This document shows positions 1-10,887 of a stretch of 64,000 nt of DNA, piece by piece (position 1 is the stretch's first letter; every line of letters starts with the position of its first letter). A model generated the notes under the pieces. That model saw nothing but the letters and a program-made list of their open reading frames with translations. It was not told the DNA's origin and ran no database searches. Made by a program: the position numbers and the translations under genes. Source of the DNA: Rhodospirillales bacterium (GTDB taxonomy: Bacteria; Pseudomonadota; Alphaproteobacteria; Bin95); contig JAYQLI010000035.1 in NCBI GenBank assembly GCA_038143065.1, positions 640,001-704,000 of the forward strand, given 5' to 3'.

Positions 1-5
1 GCCCA

Positions 6-1744
6 TTGCAGCTGGCCCGCCACTTTGCCGCCGCTTTTCTTACACTCTTACTGATCCTGCCCAGCTCACAAAGTCTGGCAGAAAAGAGTGTGTCTGATCC
101 TCACGCAGATGTATTTGCTGAAGAGAATTATCCAACTGCTGCGCAATGTGGGACCTGTCATAAACAGATCTACAGAGAGTGGGCGTCAAGCAATCATGCT
201 TACTCATCTATTTCTCCCATGTTCCATAAATTTGAACAGAAGATTAACGATCTTTCGAGCGGTACAATTCGCGCATTTTGCGTTCGGTGCCATCAACAAG
301 TTGGAACTCAGCTCAACGAACGTCGAGACTTACCTCTTTGGGAGCGGAGCCAGATTGCGCGTGAAGGTGTAACGTGCATCACCTGTCACCGAGTGCAAGA
401 TCAGTTTTACAAGGTAAATGGTGAACGCCATATCGTGCCAGGGCCCATTTATTCTAAAGTCACTGGTGTTGGTGAAGGAGAAACACTTCAAAAGATTATT
501 GATAACCGCGACGAGTACCGCGTATCCGCCAGCCCCGACGAGCGTGGCGCGCAAATTCATACCGGCATTTACAAGTTTGATCAGATTAACAAGTCCGAGT
601 TCTGTGTGTCTTGTCACCAAGTTGCCGTGAACCCAGGAATTAAACTTGAGGTTGTTTGGGACCAATATCGAAACTCCCCTGCCGCAGCTGCAGGCGTTAC
701 CTGTCAAGATTGTCATATGGGTAAAGTACCAGGCCGAGCTGATGGTTATGAAACGGCTCCGGTAGCCATTGTTAATGGTGAGGAGATCGATCCAGACCGC
801 AAACACTCAAATCACGCCTTTTACGGTCCAGGATACCCAATAGCACATCCTGGAATTTTCCCCCATAATCCTGACGCGGCTGAAATTCCAATCGAAGATT
901 GGCTGCAATTTGACTATCGAGCAGGCTGGGGTTCACCAGAATTTGAAGAAAAAGTGGATGCTGGAGAAATCAGTGAAGATATCTTCCCAGATGCATGGGC
1001 AGACGTTGTTGATCGTGAAGAGGCGTATGAAATTATCCAGGAGAACATTGAACTTCTAGAAGAAAAACGTGAACTTCGTCGACAAGTAATGGAGAATGGT
1101 TCACGTGTAGACGGTCCGTTTTTTGCAAGTGCACCTAGATCCGGCTCATCCATGAGCTTTAAGATTAAAGTTACAAATACCGACGATGGGCATAACCTTC
1201 CATCGGGTTCTCTGGGAGCACAGCCTGAAATCTGGCTCAATGTAGCGGTGGTATCCCCATCTGGTAAGACGGTGTAGGAATCAGGTTATGTAGATAGCAT
1301 CGGCGACATGGCCGACAATCACTCCTAGATGTGGCGGCAGGCACAATTGATCACGACAATCAGTTGTTCAATCTGCAAACAAAATTCCTCTTCACCAATG
1401 TAAAAGGAACAGATAGGGAATGGTATCTTCCTATCAACGTAGATATTGACCAATTACCGTTCATACGACCACCAAATGTACCTACAACAATCCTGAACCA
1501 CCCTCCCTTCATTAGAATGGAAGGTCGCTCAATCCCGCCTCTTGGGGTACGAGACGCCAACTTTAGAGTGCCCTCAAGCGCTATGGTTGAGAAAGGCACA
1601 TACAAAATGGCAATCAGAATGCGTAGTCGTGCTGAGCCAATGTATTTCATGCGTTTCGTCGAAGCTACGCCTGAGATGGAAGAAGCCATGAATGAGTGGA
1701 TGTTAGATTTCCACGCCTACACCGTCGAATTCGACGTCAAGTAG
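6..1744 (+). CDS. Periplasmic pentaheme c-type cytochrome (c554-like multiheme family); reconstructed across an in-frame TAG at 1275-1277 and a frameshift near 1325
   Basis: Signal peptide and five CxxCH motifs (CGTCH, CVRCH, CITCH, CVSCH, CQDCH), plus W..SNH, HSNH and GHNLPSG motifs. Reading continues past the stop as KTV*ESGYVDSIGDMADNHS and joins ORF 1331-1744. Confidence 0.85.
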
Positions 1745-1818
1745 ATTGTTGAGATGCTTTCATTCAAACATTTTAATTGGTTAACCTCAGTCCATTTCTA
1801 TATAAAGGGGCTAAATCC

Positions 1819-3363
1819 GTGAGAGTTATTGAGCTCGCCAGAAGCAGCCATAAGCCCTTAATGGTAGCTACATGTGCTTCGTTGGTATTGCTTGCCACAT
1901 CAAACATCGCTGTTGCGGCTGGGCCTGACATTGATCGACCACGTGAGATGGACGGAAGCGTCCGTGTAACAGATTACGACGATAGTGTTTTTAAAGCTGA
2001 TCCTACTTACGAAGATAAGCCATATAGTGCTGAAGAGCAGATTAAGATCTATGGTGGCAAGAAGGACATCAAGGAACCCAGACCAATCATTGAAATTGGT
2101 CAGCCTCAATACATTGAGGGGCCCTTTAACCAATCCGATGGCTTTAAAGATTTAGGAGATAAAAACCCATTTTCTTGGGCTTTCTCAGTCTTCGGCGATT
2201 TCAGAACTGCAGTTGCCGGAAATGATATTGGTAACGACGAAGTATTTGAATGGGCGAATGTCCTGAACTTAGATGTTGACCTTAAGATTACATCAACCGA
2301 GAGAATACACGCTTTCCTAAAACCAATCGACCAGGGAGCAAATGTAGCAGGCTTCAGAACCGGAGATGATAGCGGGAATAATGGTTTTAACGGTGATGTT
2401 GATGCCGGGTTAGAAACCTTATTCTTTGAAGGTGATCTAGGCGTGATCGCGTCTGGTTTAACCGATGAATATCAATCTCAAGATCTGCCATTTTCGTTTG
2501 GACTAGTCCCTTTAATTATGCAAAACGGCCTCTGGGTAGATGACGCATTTCTTGGGGGAGGTTTCGCCTTCCCATCAATGAACAGCCCATTGCTCGATAT
2601 CACTAATATGGACATAACCTTCTTCTCTGGTTTTGGCGAAATTGATTCACCAGCCATTGCAGATGCTAATGGTACAGCATTCAATAATGAGGCCATGCTG
2701 TTCGGTGCCGCGGCATTTATTGAATGGTTTGAAGGTTATTCTGAATTTGGCATTGGTTACGTCGAAGGCACACAGGAAGTTGGAGATATTGATTACTTCA
2801 ACATTACCGGTGCGTTTACCAGAAGGTATGGTGGTTGGCTTTCAAACAGCGTTCGGCTGTTTGGTGCTGTAGGACAGGACACAAATAACCGAGCAAAAAC
2901 TGCTGACGGATTTGCGCTTCTCGTTGAGAACTCTCTCATTACAAGCAAACCAGGCACATACGTTCCTTATGGCAATTTTTGGATTGGCATGGATAAGCCT
3001 CAGGCTTTAGCTAAAAACAATGGTGGGCTTTTAAGAAATACAGGCATAACATTCGAAGCAGATGGGATGACGAGTTTTCCCAAACTCGATGACACCGCAA
3101 ATGATACCTACGGTGGCGCCATTGGCATTAACTACCTGTTTAGTCTTGACCAGCAGCTAGTTGTCGAGGCCTCAACAGTACAAATGCTTGAAGGTGACAA
3201 TCAAGCTGGGCAGTCCGCACAAGGCGCTCAGTATGCGGTTGGCTTTAGGTATCAGAAACCAATTACTAATCGTGTAATTCTACGCACCGATGGTATTTAT
3301 GCCGTTCGAGAAAATGCCAAAGATGTGGCTGGTGTCCGTTTTGAAGTTCGCATAAAGTTTTAG
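1819..3363 (+). CDS. Putative outer-membrane beta-barrel protein of unknown family
   Basis: Hydrophobic signal region ending AVAA, many alternating-pattern strands rich in Gly/Asp/Asn/aromatic residues, C-terminal beta-signal GVRFEVRIKF, no heme motif. GTG start follows a purine-rich RBS. Confidence 0.65.
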   Translation: MRVIELARSSHKPLMVATCASLVLLATSNIAVAAGPDIDRPREMDGSVRVTDYDDSVFKADPTYEDKPYSAEEQIKIYGGKKDIKEPRPIIEIGQPQYIEGPFNQSDGFKDLGDKNPFSWAFSVFGDFRTAVAGNDIGNDEVFEWANVLNLDVDLKITSTERIHAFLKPIDQGANVAGFRTGDDSGNNGFNGDVDAGLETLFFEGDLGVIASGLTDEYQSQDLPFSFGLVPLIMQNGLWVDDAFLGGGFAFPSMNSPLLDITNMDITFFSGFGEIDSPAIADANGTAFNNEAMLFGAAAFIEWFEGYSEFGIGYVEGTQEVGDIDYFNITGAFTRRYGGWLSNSVRLFGAVGQDTNNRAKTADGFALLVENSLITSKPGTYVPYGNFWIGMDKPQALAKNNGGLLRNTGITFEADGMTSFPKLDDTANDTYGGAIGINYLFSLDQQLVVEASTVQMLEGDNQAGQSAQGAQYAVGFRYQKPITNRVILRTDGIYAVRENAKDVAGVRFEVRIKF

Positions 3364-3447
3364 CTTAGACAAAAAAGCCTACTAATAGATTGGCGTTAGT
3401 ATTTTTACTTAAGATTGTACGACCCAAAATCTTGGGAGGATATTAAG

Positions 3448-4718
3448 GTGGAAAATATGGCGGCTTATTTAGCCACTGCTGCAGCTAGTCTCCTTGCTAT
3501 TTATATCCTGACGTTAATCTATGGATCGATTAGACAACAACTTCAGCTCGCTCGTCACTTTGAAGAACAGTCCTCACTTTTCAGAGCACGAGCAGATAGT
3601 CTGCAAAAAGCGCGGGCAGAAGAAATCCAAAAGACTCAAAATACCTGGAATGGTTTTAGAAAATTTGAGGTCGCTGAAAAAATAAACGAAATTGATGATT
3701 GCCACTCAATCTACTTAAAGCCACATGATGGGCGCCCTCTACCTCCCTTCGAGCCAGGACAATTTCTGACTTTTAAGTTTAAGGTTCCAGATCAAGCAAG
3801 CGATGTGATCAGATGTTACTCGCTGTCTGATGCACCTGGTAGAGATTACTACAGGATCACTGTTAAAAAGGTACCACCGCCACGAGGAAAGCCTGAATTA
3901 CCGTCTGGTGTTTCGTCCACGTATGTTAACGAAGTTCTCAAACAAGGTGATATTATTGATGTGAGAGCTCCGAACGGTGGCTTTTATCTGCAAAGGCAAC
4001 ATCGCCGTCCAGTCGTACTCATCGGTGGCGGTGTGGGGATCACTCCTGTTCTAAGCATGCTTAATTATATCATAGAGCATGAACCAGATCGTGAGACTTG
4101 GTTTTTCTTTGGTGCTCCCAACAAAGCAGGGCACATAATGCAGCAACATCTAAGAGAAGTTGCCGAGAACCATCCAAATATTAATATGAATATTTGTTAC
4201 TCTGACCCTACTGAAGACGATGTGCATGGCGAGGATTATGACCACCATGCTCGGGTGTCTGTGGAGCTCTTCAAAGAATTGCTTCCATCAAACAACTATG
4301 AGTACTACTTCTGCGGCCCTCCCCAATGATGAATGCCCTGGATGCCGATTTAAAGGCCTGGGGCGTACCGGAAGCGGACATACACTACGAGGCGTTTGGG
4401 CCAGCTTCGGTAAAGAAAGCCGCTCCACCTGCAGCGGCAAGCGAAGGCACTGAAGCTGCAGCTGCCATACCTTTAACGTTTGCAAAGTCAGGAAAGACAC
4501 TCGATTGGACACCAGCATCAGGTACAATTTTAGATTTAGCCGAAGCAAATGGAGTAGACATCGCATCAGGCTGTAGAGCCGGTAGCTGCGGAACATGCTT
4601 GACGGCAATCATTGAAGGTGATGTTGGATACGCAACACCACCTGATGCGGCTGTAGAAAATGGCTCTTGTTTGTCATGTGTTGGGACGCCTAAATGCCCT
4701 TTAAAAATCGACGCCTAG
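3448..4718 (+). CDS. FAD/NAD(P)H-binding FNR-type reductase with C-terminal [2Fe-2S] ferredoxin and N-terminal TM helix; frameshift near 4320
   Basis: RCYSL, GVSS, GGGVGITP and YFCGPP motifs in 3415-4329; CRAGSCGTC...C in 4326-4718. The junction lies in a C-run (GPPPMM). Confidence 0.88.
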
Positions 4719-5678
4719 CAGGAGGACTAGTTAGGCAGGCCAACTCCTGGATAGTAAACCTTACCGGAATATCTATAGTTGTCTCAACGGGGCGGCCTCC
4801 TTTTATTGCAGGCTTAAATCTCCAGTTTTTAACCGCTTTCAATGCTGCGTTATCCAGTCGATCAAATCCGCTTGTTTGGATGATTATTGCATGGGTGGTT
4901 GTGCCGGTAATCGATATATCCAATCGGACCCTAACAACCCCTCTTCACCCAATCGTTTTGAGACACTCGGATAAATTGGTGGCGCATTTTTAGAAAGTAT
5001 TGAAACAGGCTGATGCTCGAACTGTTGATTGCGGGCGTTCTTGCTCGATGACAACAGATAATATTCTAATTTATTATCATTTTTAAAAGATCTTCCTTCA
5101 GCATGTATATCTGATCTCTGGCTCTTAAAATCGCCTTGACGAACAAGATCAACGCTATCCAATTGCGGGTATGATTTTAAAGAAACCTGTCTATCTAAAT
5201 CTAAGCCTACCGCACTACTAACGACTTTGACCTCTGCGGATTTTACTTTTTTACCGAGCAAGTTCTGCAGGACTTCGGGTGTTTTTGCAGAGTGTGAAAA
5301 CTGCACTAGTTTGGAAGACGCTAATGACTCAGCATCTTGATTGGCAGAAACAATCCCTACTTCGGCTTGCTTTAATAATATACCTGGCTTCGCAGTACCA
5401 ATCGTCTCGGTTGATATGCGTTGCTCTGATCTTTCGGAAACCCTAGACCGCAAAGTTATAACTTTTTCTATCTCTTTCAATGACAACTGGTTTTCAAAAC
5501 CCGTAGGGATACTGGGCTCATAATTCTGTGGTATTTCAAATAATAAACTAATCGGGATCGCATCTTTTTGAACCGGTTTGTTAAATGCGTGATTGGCAAA
5601 AATTGCCAATACCAAAGCAAAATGGCATGCAAACGAGACAATTAGGAATTTTTTAAATGATGATGAGTATAGGGACAT
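4690..5678 (-). CDS. tonB: TonB energy transducer (frameshift near 4915)
   Basis: N-terminal TM with SxxxH (SFACH), then PPIYP..SKRLGEEG and a C-terminal domain SG..RLD.AAL.AV..WRFKPA. Confidence 0.8.
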
Positions 5679-5696
5679 TTAAGAATATTTGGACAA

Positions 5697-6473
5697 TTAA
5701 GCATCGCTCGAAATTATCCTTTCGAAATCTAACCCCTCTTTAATTTCTCCTCCTATCGGCCTTATCCCAAAACATTGGAATAAATTTTCATTGTTAAAGA
5801 CTACCTGTGGTTTATCAAAGCTTATACAGGTACCAAATTGTCCCAACAAAAGAGCTTTATCGGCAAATCGAAAAGCATGACGTATTTCGTGAGTTGTGAA
5901 AATTACTATCCTATCGGATGCAGCAATTTCTTTAAGCTTGGCCATCACATCAAGTTGGACACCAGGATCAAGCGCGGCTGCCGGTTCATCTGCAAGTAAA
6001 ATCTCAGGATCACCTACCAATGCCCGCGCTAGGTGTACTCTCTGTAACTCACCACCTGACAACTCGTTTGCGGGACGGTGAGTTAGTCTTTCCAATCGAA
6101 AATTTTCAATTTGCCGATCAATTTTTTCATTTTCAGATGCCGTAATTTTATCTAATCGGCTTCCAAACGGCACCAGTCCAAGGGCAACGACATCTCTTAC
6201 GGAAAGTGCCCAATGTATTTCAGATCGTTGGGGAAGATACGAGATGCACCGCGCACGAAAATTTGAATCCAGTTGGGTTAATTCCCTTCCATTAAAAAGG
6301 ATGCTGCCAGAACTCAAAGAACTAAGTGATGCCAACGCCCTTAGAAGAGTTGTTTTTCCGGCGCCATTTGGTCCTGATACCGCAAGCAGATTTCCACTGG
6401 TGATATTAAAACTAATGTTTTTAAGATATCCACCCTTCGTAACAGACAATTGCTTTACCGCTATCTCACTCAA
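5697..6473 (-). CDS. btuD: Cobalamin/siderophore ABC transporter ATPase
   Basis: Walker A GPNGAGKT, LSGGE signature, LLADEP; lies in the riboswitch-controlled operon. Confidence 0.8.
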   Translation of the reverse strand: MSEIAVKQLSVTKGGYLKNISFNITSGNLLAVSGPNGAGKTTLLRALASLSSLSSGSILFNGRELTQLDSNFRARCISYLPQRSEIHWALSVRDVVALGLVPFGSRLDKITASENEKIDRQIENFRLERLTHRPANELSGGELQRVHLARALVGDPEILLADEPAAALDPGVQLDVMAKLKEIAASDRIVIFTTHEIRHAFRFADKALLLGQFGTCISFDKPQVVFNNENLFQCFGIRPIGGEIKEGLDFERIISSDA

Positions 6474-6475
6474 AC

Positions 6476-7456
6476 CTAGCCTCTCCTTAGCTTAAGAATA
6501 AGAGCCAAGAAAAACGGCGCACCAATGAGTGCGGTTAAAACTCCCAATTTTAATTCTGAGCCTACTGAGAACACTCGTACTGCAAGGTCCGCAATCCCAA
6601 GCATGACTGCGCCTCCTAGAGCACTGGCAAAAAGGAGGGCTCCGGGCCGATGCCCAACAAAGGGACGCAATATGTGAGGAACAGCTAAACCAACAAAACC
6701 AATCACGCCGGCAACAGATGTTGCAGCGCCAACTGCCAAGGCTGTTCCAAATATAATCCTAACACTTACACCTCTCAGATTAAGGCCAAGACTACGAGCA
6801 GTTTCGGGGCCTAAAGACAAAGCATCTAGTGATGTACGAACACTTAAAAGTAGCCCCCATCCAATCATCATGAATGGGAGTGATACCCAAAGATGCTCCA
6901 TGCTACGGTCGGCCAACGAGCCCATTAACCAAAAGATAATCTCAGTTGCGGCAAAGGGATTTGGCGCAAAATTTAGTGCTAACGCTGTTAAAGAACCGGC
7001 TAAACTCGATATAGCCACACCTGCTAAAATTAGAGTTTCAGAATTACCTGCTCGACCAGCTAAAAACCAAACAAGCACTGTCGCCAACAGCGCCGATACA
7101 ATTCCTGCTAACGGGAGTATTAGCGTCCATCCCCCAAAAGCACCAAAGTAGAAAACTATAACCGAACCCAACGCAGCTGCAGGACCAGATCCTAATAAAG
7201 CAGGTTCGGCTAATGGGTTTTGCAAAAACCCTTGAAGGGCGGCCCCGCTTAGACCCAACGACGCTCCAATCGATATTGCAAGCAATATCCTAGGTAATCG
7301 CACTTCAAGCAGGATCAGCTTTGTTAAATTACTTCCTTCGCCAGACAACTCCTTAGCGGCTTCGTATAGTGAAATATTAGCGGGCCCATATAGTAACCCT
7401 GCGAAAAATACAGCCAAAACACTCAGGACAAGGAGTATGTATGAGTGAATCTTCAC
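6476..7456 (-). CDS. btuC: FecCD/BtuC-family ABC permease
   Basis: RLPR, LQNPLAEP and IGFVGL..PH motifs; polytopic membrane protein. Confidence 0.85.
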   Translation of the reverse strand: MKIHSYILLVLSVLAVFFAGLLYGPANISLYEAAKELSGEGSNLTKLILLEVRLPRILLAISIGASLGLSGAALQGFLQNPLAEPALLGSGPAAALGSVIVFYFGAFGGWTLILPLAGIVSALLATVLVWFLAGRAGNSETLILAGVAISSLAGSLTALALNFAPNPFAATEIIFWLMGSLADRSMEHLWVSLPFMMIGWGLLLSVRTSLDALSLGPETARSLGLNLRGVSVRIIFGTALAVGAATSVAGVIGFVGLAVPHILRPFVGHRPGALLFASALGGAVMLGIADLAVRVFSVGSELKLGVLTALIGAPFFLALILKLRRG

Positions 7457-8280
7457 TCCATATTCTCCCGAATGCGACGAAGCTTATTGAATGCCTCAGT
7501 TATAAACGGACTTCCACAAGTCCATAACCTATCTGGAATTGTTGTAGAGCGGTCATCCTTAAATATCACTTTAAGGGACCGATGACGTGGTACTATGCTT
7601 GCTAACGATGCAGGGCCATTTTCTGGAAGTATGAGAAGGTCTGGTTGGAGTGAAATTAATTCTTCAACTGAAAAATATTTTGGAACTTTAGAATTATGTC
7701 GACTGTTCAGATCGAGAAAACCAGCATGCCGGGTCACGCGAGCTGCTAACGAACTACTTCCTGGCGTATAACCATTATCCCAATAAAGAGCCGCGGTAAG
7801 CTTTTGCTTATTAAGCCCAGAAGACATCTTAAGTGCTTGATTGAGATGCTTGATAATACTTTCACCAGCTGCCTTCTCACCAACAGCGTTCGCAACAACT
7901 CTTATATTTCTCTGAATGCCATCAAAATCATTTGCTATCGGAAGTTCAAGTACATTAATGCCGGCACGTTTTAGCAATTTAACAGTGGATCGTGCTGAAA
8001 AGCCTCCAGAAAACACTATGTCTGGATTAAGAGGTAAAATTTCCTCTACAAGACCATAGTTTCTATGAAACCCTTTGGCTTTATCTGAAAGAGCTGAAAA
8101 ATTTGGATTGCTCGCAAAGTAACTCAAAGAAACGACATGTTGCTCTTTCGCGAGAAGCATCACCAACTGATCTGCGCAAAGATGAGTAGAGACAATTCTC
8201 TTCGGCGTGGCAGCAGAAGCGTGGAAATCACTATAAAGAACTAGGAGTAAGGATAAACTTACTTTGATAAATACTCTCAT
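7453..8280 (-). CDS. btuF: Periplasmic cobalamin-binding protein
   Basis: Signal peptide, PKRIVS..LCADQ, EEILPLNPD, WTCG (alphaproteobacterial BtuF type). Confidence 0.8.
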   Translation of the reverse strand: MRVFIKVSLSLLLVLYSDFHASAATPKRIVSTHLCADQLVMLLAKEQHVVSLSYFASNPNFSALSDKAKGFHRNYGLVEEILPLNPDIVFSGGFSARSTVKLLKRAGINVLELPIANDFDGIQRNIRVVANAVGEKAAGESIIKHLNQALKMSSGLNKQKLTAALYWDNGYTPGSSSLAARVTRHAGFLDLNSRHNSKVPKYFSVEELISLQPDLLILPENGPASLASIVPRHRSLKVIFKDDRSTTIPDRLWTCGSPFITEAFNKLRRIRENME

Positions 8281-10188
8281 CCCCCCAATTGAACCTGAAG
8301 CCCCATGAACGCGCCAAACCCAGGGTTGGCGGTCCCAAATACGTTCTCATACCTCTCGTTCAGTATATTCTGCAGCCTGCCAAAAATACTCACGCTGTCC
8401 GTTAATTTATATTTGATATTAGAATCAGCTAAAATGTAACTATCCAAAGTTACCGTCTGACTTCCAAAAGGTAATACCGCCTGAAAGGCCGTATCATTTT
8501 GCTTACCATAATAGGTCCCACCAAAATTTATCTCCAAGTCGCCGTTAAAACGAGTAAGTGTGGAACGCAGGCTAGCAATATGTTTAGGGCGGCGAATGAG
8601 CTCAACCCCATTCGCATCTTCTGTCGTTGTGTATGTATACTGTCCACTGAAAGAAAGGTTCGTTGCAGGGCGGATAGAAACCTCAAACTCCGCCCCCTCG
8701 ATCTTATTTTTTCCATTTAAATTTACAGCAGTTGCACCAGCACCCTGAATTAGGTTTTTGATGTTATTTTCAAAATAGGTGGCAGCAAAAGTTGCCTGTC
8801 CATTCATAAATTCTTGCTCAACTCCAACATCCCATCCGTAACTTTTTTCGGATTTCAGATTTGGGTTTGGAGTGAAGCCGGGAGCAAAACCGAATAGTTC
8901 AAAAAGTGTAGGGTTTTTAACCCCTTCTCCATAACTTGTATGAAGGCGAGTTCCAGTATCTTTAACAACGTACGCACCAGTAGTCCGCACGGTATTTGTA
9001 TTTTTGAAAAGGTCATTTTCGTCATGGCGAATACTTGCGCTTAGAAAGATTTGATCAAAAAGATCTAATTTATATTCACCGACAAAACCTATGGTTTCTG
9101 AGTCTACATCTGACTGAATGCCACCACCAAGCACGTCTTGCGCATCAATTTCATTATCAACCAGAAAGGTAAAAACATGAGATGCTTCAGCGAGCGCACT
9201 AGTTTCTATAAAAACATTTGATTGGTAATAAGCCCGTCGTTTATCTCCCTTAAAGGTAGAGGCAAACCCTCCGAAATTCTCTCGGTCAATTTCAGATATT
9301 CCGAGGCCTAATATATGCTCCCATTGCCCTTCAAAGCTCTGCAAAACAGACTTCAGGCCTAAAGAAAATGCCTCACTTTCTGTTTCTGATTGACTGTCTA
9401 CCGGGAGGGAAAAGCCCGCCTACGTTGCCTAGCTCATCAAATTCTTGCTGAGAGTCAACGTAGCGTCCTACGATCTCAAAATCTAAATTTTCAGTCAGCT
9501 GAATCCCAATTTTCGTATTGAACGCAGTAACATCAAATCCATCCTGTTCAGTATTACCCTGGCGCTCTGGAGCGAATGAAACACCTTCGGTACTGAATTC
9601 TGATAACCCAAGGGAGTAATTAACAATTCCTTCCGAACCTCGAACACTTACGGCTGCTTTCCCGGTACCGAATGATCCACCTTCGGCGCTAGCTGCAGCT
9701 TTAATCGCTCCATCTCCGCTTTTAGTTATGATATTAATGACGCCACCTATTGCATCGCTTCCGTAAAGTGAGCTCTGTGGCCCCCGGAGGATTTCTACGC
9801 GCTCAATATCATCTACGAGCAAAGTATTGAAATCGAATTCTGAAGCTCCGCTAGGATCGTTTACTTCCACCCCATCTATTAGAACCAATGTATGGTTGGC
9901 TTCAGTTCCACGCATACGAACTTGCGTTTGCGCCCCAACAGGTCCTGTTCTGCTTAACGAGATACCAGGTACGTCCCGAAAAACGTCAGCTACAAAACTA
10001 GTTTGCTTTCTCGAGAACTCTTCCGATGTCACTACAGAAATAGAGCTGCCAGACGCAATTCGCGAAGTTGGCGTTCGGTTGGCAGTAACGACAACCTCAG
10101 GCATAACCTGAGGATAATTTTGGGCAAAACTCGCGCTTTCGGACACGAATATAAGCCCCGCAAACAATAAAAATCCTGAGAGCCGCAT
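8277..10188 (-). CDS. btuB: TonB-dependent cobalamin receptor (frameshifted around 9345-9410)
   Basis: TonB box EVVVTANR, plug motifs LVLIDGV and IERVEILRGPQSSLYGSDAIGGVINIIT, barrel half in 8277-9344; directly downstream of a cobalamin riboswitch. Confidence 0.88.
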
Positions 10189-10340
10189 TACGACGTATTC
10201 CCCATAAGACCGTTGCGCCAATGACCGCCTACATGAATGAGGAGTTAAAACACACTCACCCAACAGGCACTCATTACGCATCGCCTATCACGGAGAACCG
10301 TTGCGCTACCTACCCCGGGCTACGCGTGGGCGACACTAAT

Positions 10341-10522
10341 GCTGGCAGGTCTCCTGGCTCACGGGTCTATGTCCGCTCCTGGCCTTCCCGGAATCATCCA
10401 GTGACCATGAGATAGACACGAACTCGCCGTTTACAGTTGCGGGGACAGCCAAGGTTTCCTGGTAAACCTAGATTAACCAGATCCTTGTTCCCTTTTGCTT
10501 CCCTAAGGAACCAGCACTGAAA
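10341..10522 (-). promoter_or_regulatory. Cobalamin (AdoCbl) riboswitch
   Basis: Minus strand reads GGTTCC...AAAAGGGAA...CTGTCCCCGCAACTGTAA...CACTGG...CCGGGAAGG...GAGCCAGGAGACCTGCC, the conserved B12-element blocks in order, upstream of btuB. Ends are approximate. Confidence 0.95.
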
Positions 10523-10575
10523 TTAGTTAGTAGTAGGTGCGATGAATGGTCAAGCTAAAGTTATCAAGAACTTCG

Positions 10576-10887
10576 CTATGCATCCGACATTATGTGGATT
10601 ACTCGATCAGCTAGGAGTTCTTTGGTCAAAGCACCATATGCCTTCATGTGTGCTGACACAGCGTGAGCTTTCAAATGATCCAAGCTCGCCCATTTTTCCA
10701 CCACTACGAATGTATCTTCACCGTACTTCGCAGCAAAGTCTGCATTAGCGCAATCAATCGTAGCGCCGTATTCGATACAACCATCTTCTGCAAGTACTGC
10801 GGGAACATTCGCTTTAAAGTGCTTTAGCACCTCGTCTCTTTTACCTGCTTTGGTTGTTATGACTGCGATAACATGAACACGACTCAT
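10576..10887 (-). CDS. Antibiotic biosynthesis monooxygenase (putative quinol monooxygenase, YgiN-like)
   Basis: VLAEDGCIEYG...FVVVEKWASLDHLKAH...HM pattern of the ABM fold. Confidence 0.85.
   Translation of the reverse strand: MSRVHVIAVITTKAGKRDEVLKHFKANVPAVLAEDGCIEYGATIDCANADFAAKYGEDTFVVVEKWASLDHLKAHAVSAHMKAYGALTKELLADRVIHIMSDA

Noticed and set aside
1275-1277. Amber readthrough, pyrrolysine or TAG recoding suggested by in-frame TAG-GAA in the cytochrome and in rluB (19399)
   Set aside because: TAG is a normal stop at 1744, 3363 and 32785. The two sites imply different residues (likely Trp and Glu), and in-frame TAA and TGA also occur. Sequencing error is the simpler explanation.
6-1744. 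Calling the pentaheme cytochrome NrfA, HAO or MtrA
   Set aside because: No CxxCK motif (NrfA) and only five heme motifs, whereas HAO has eight and MtrA has ten.
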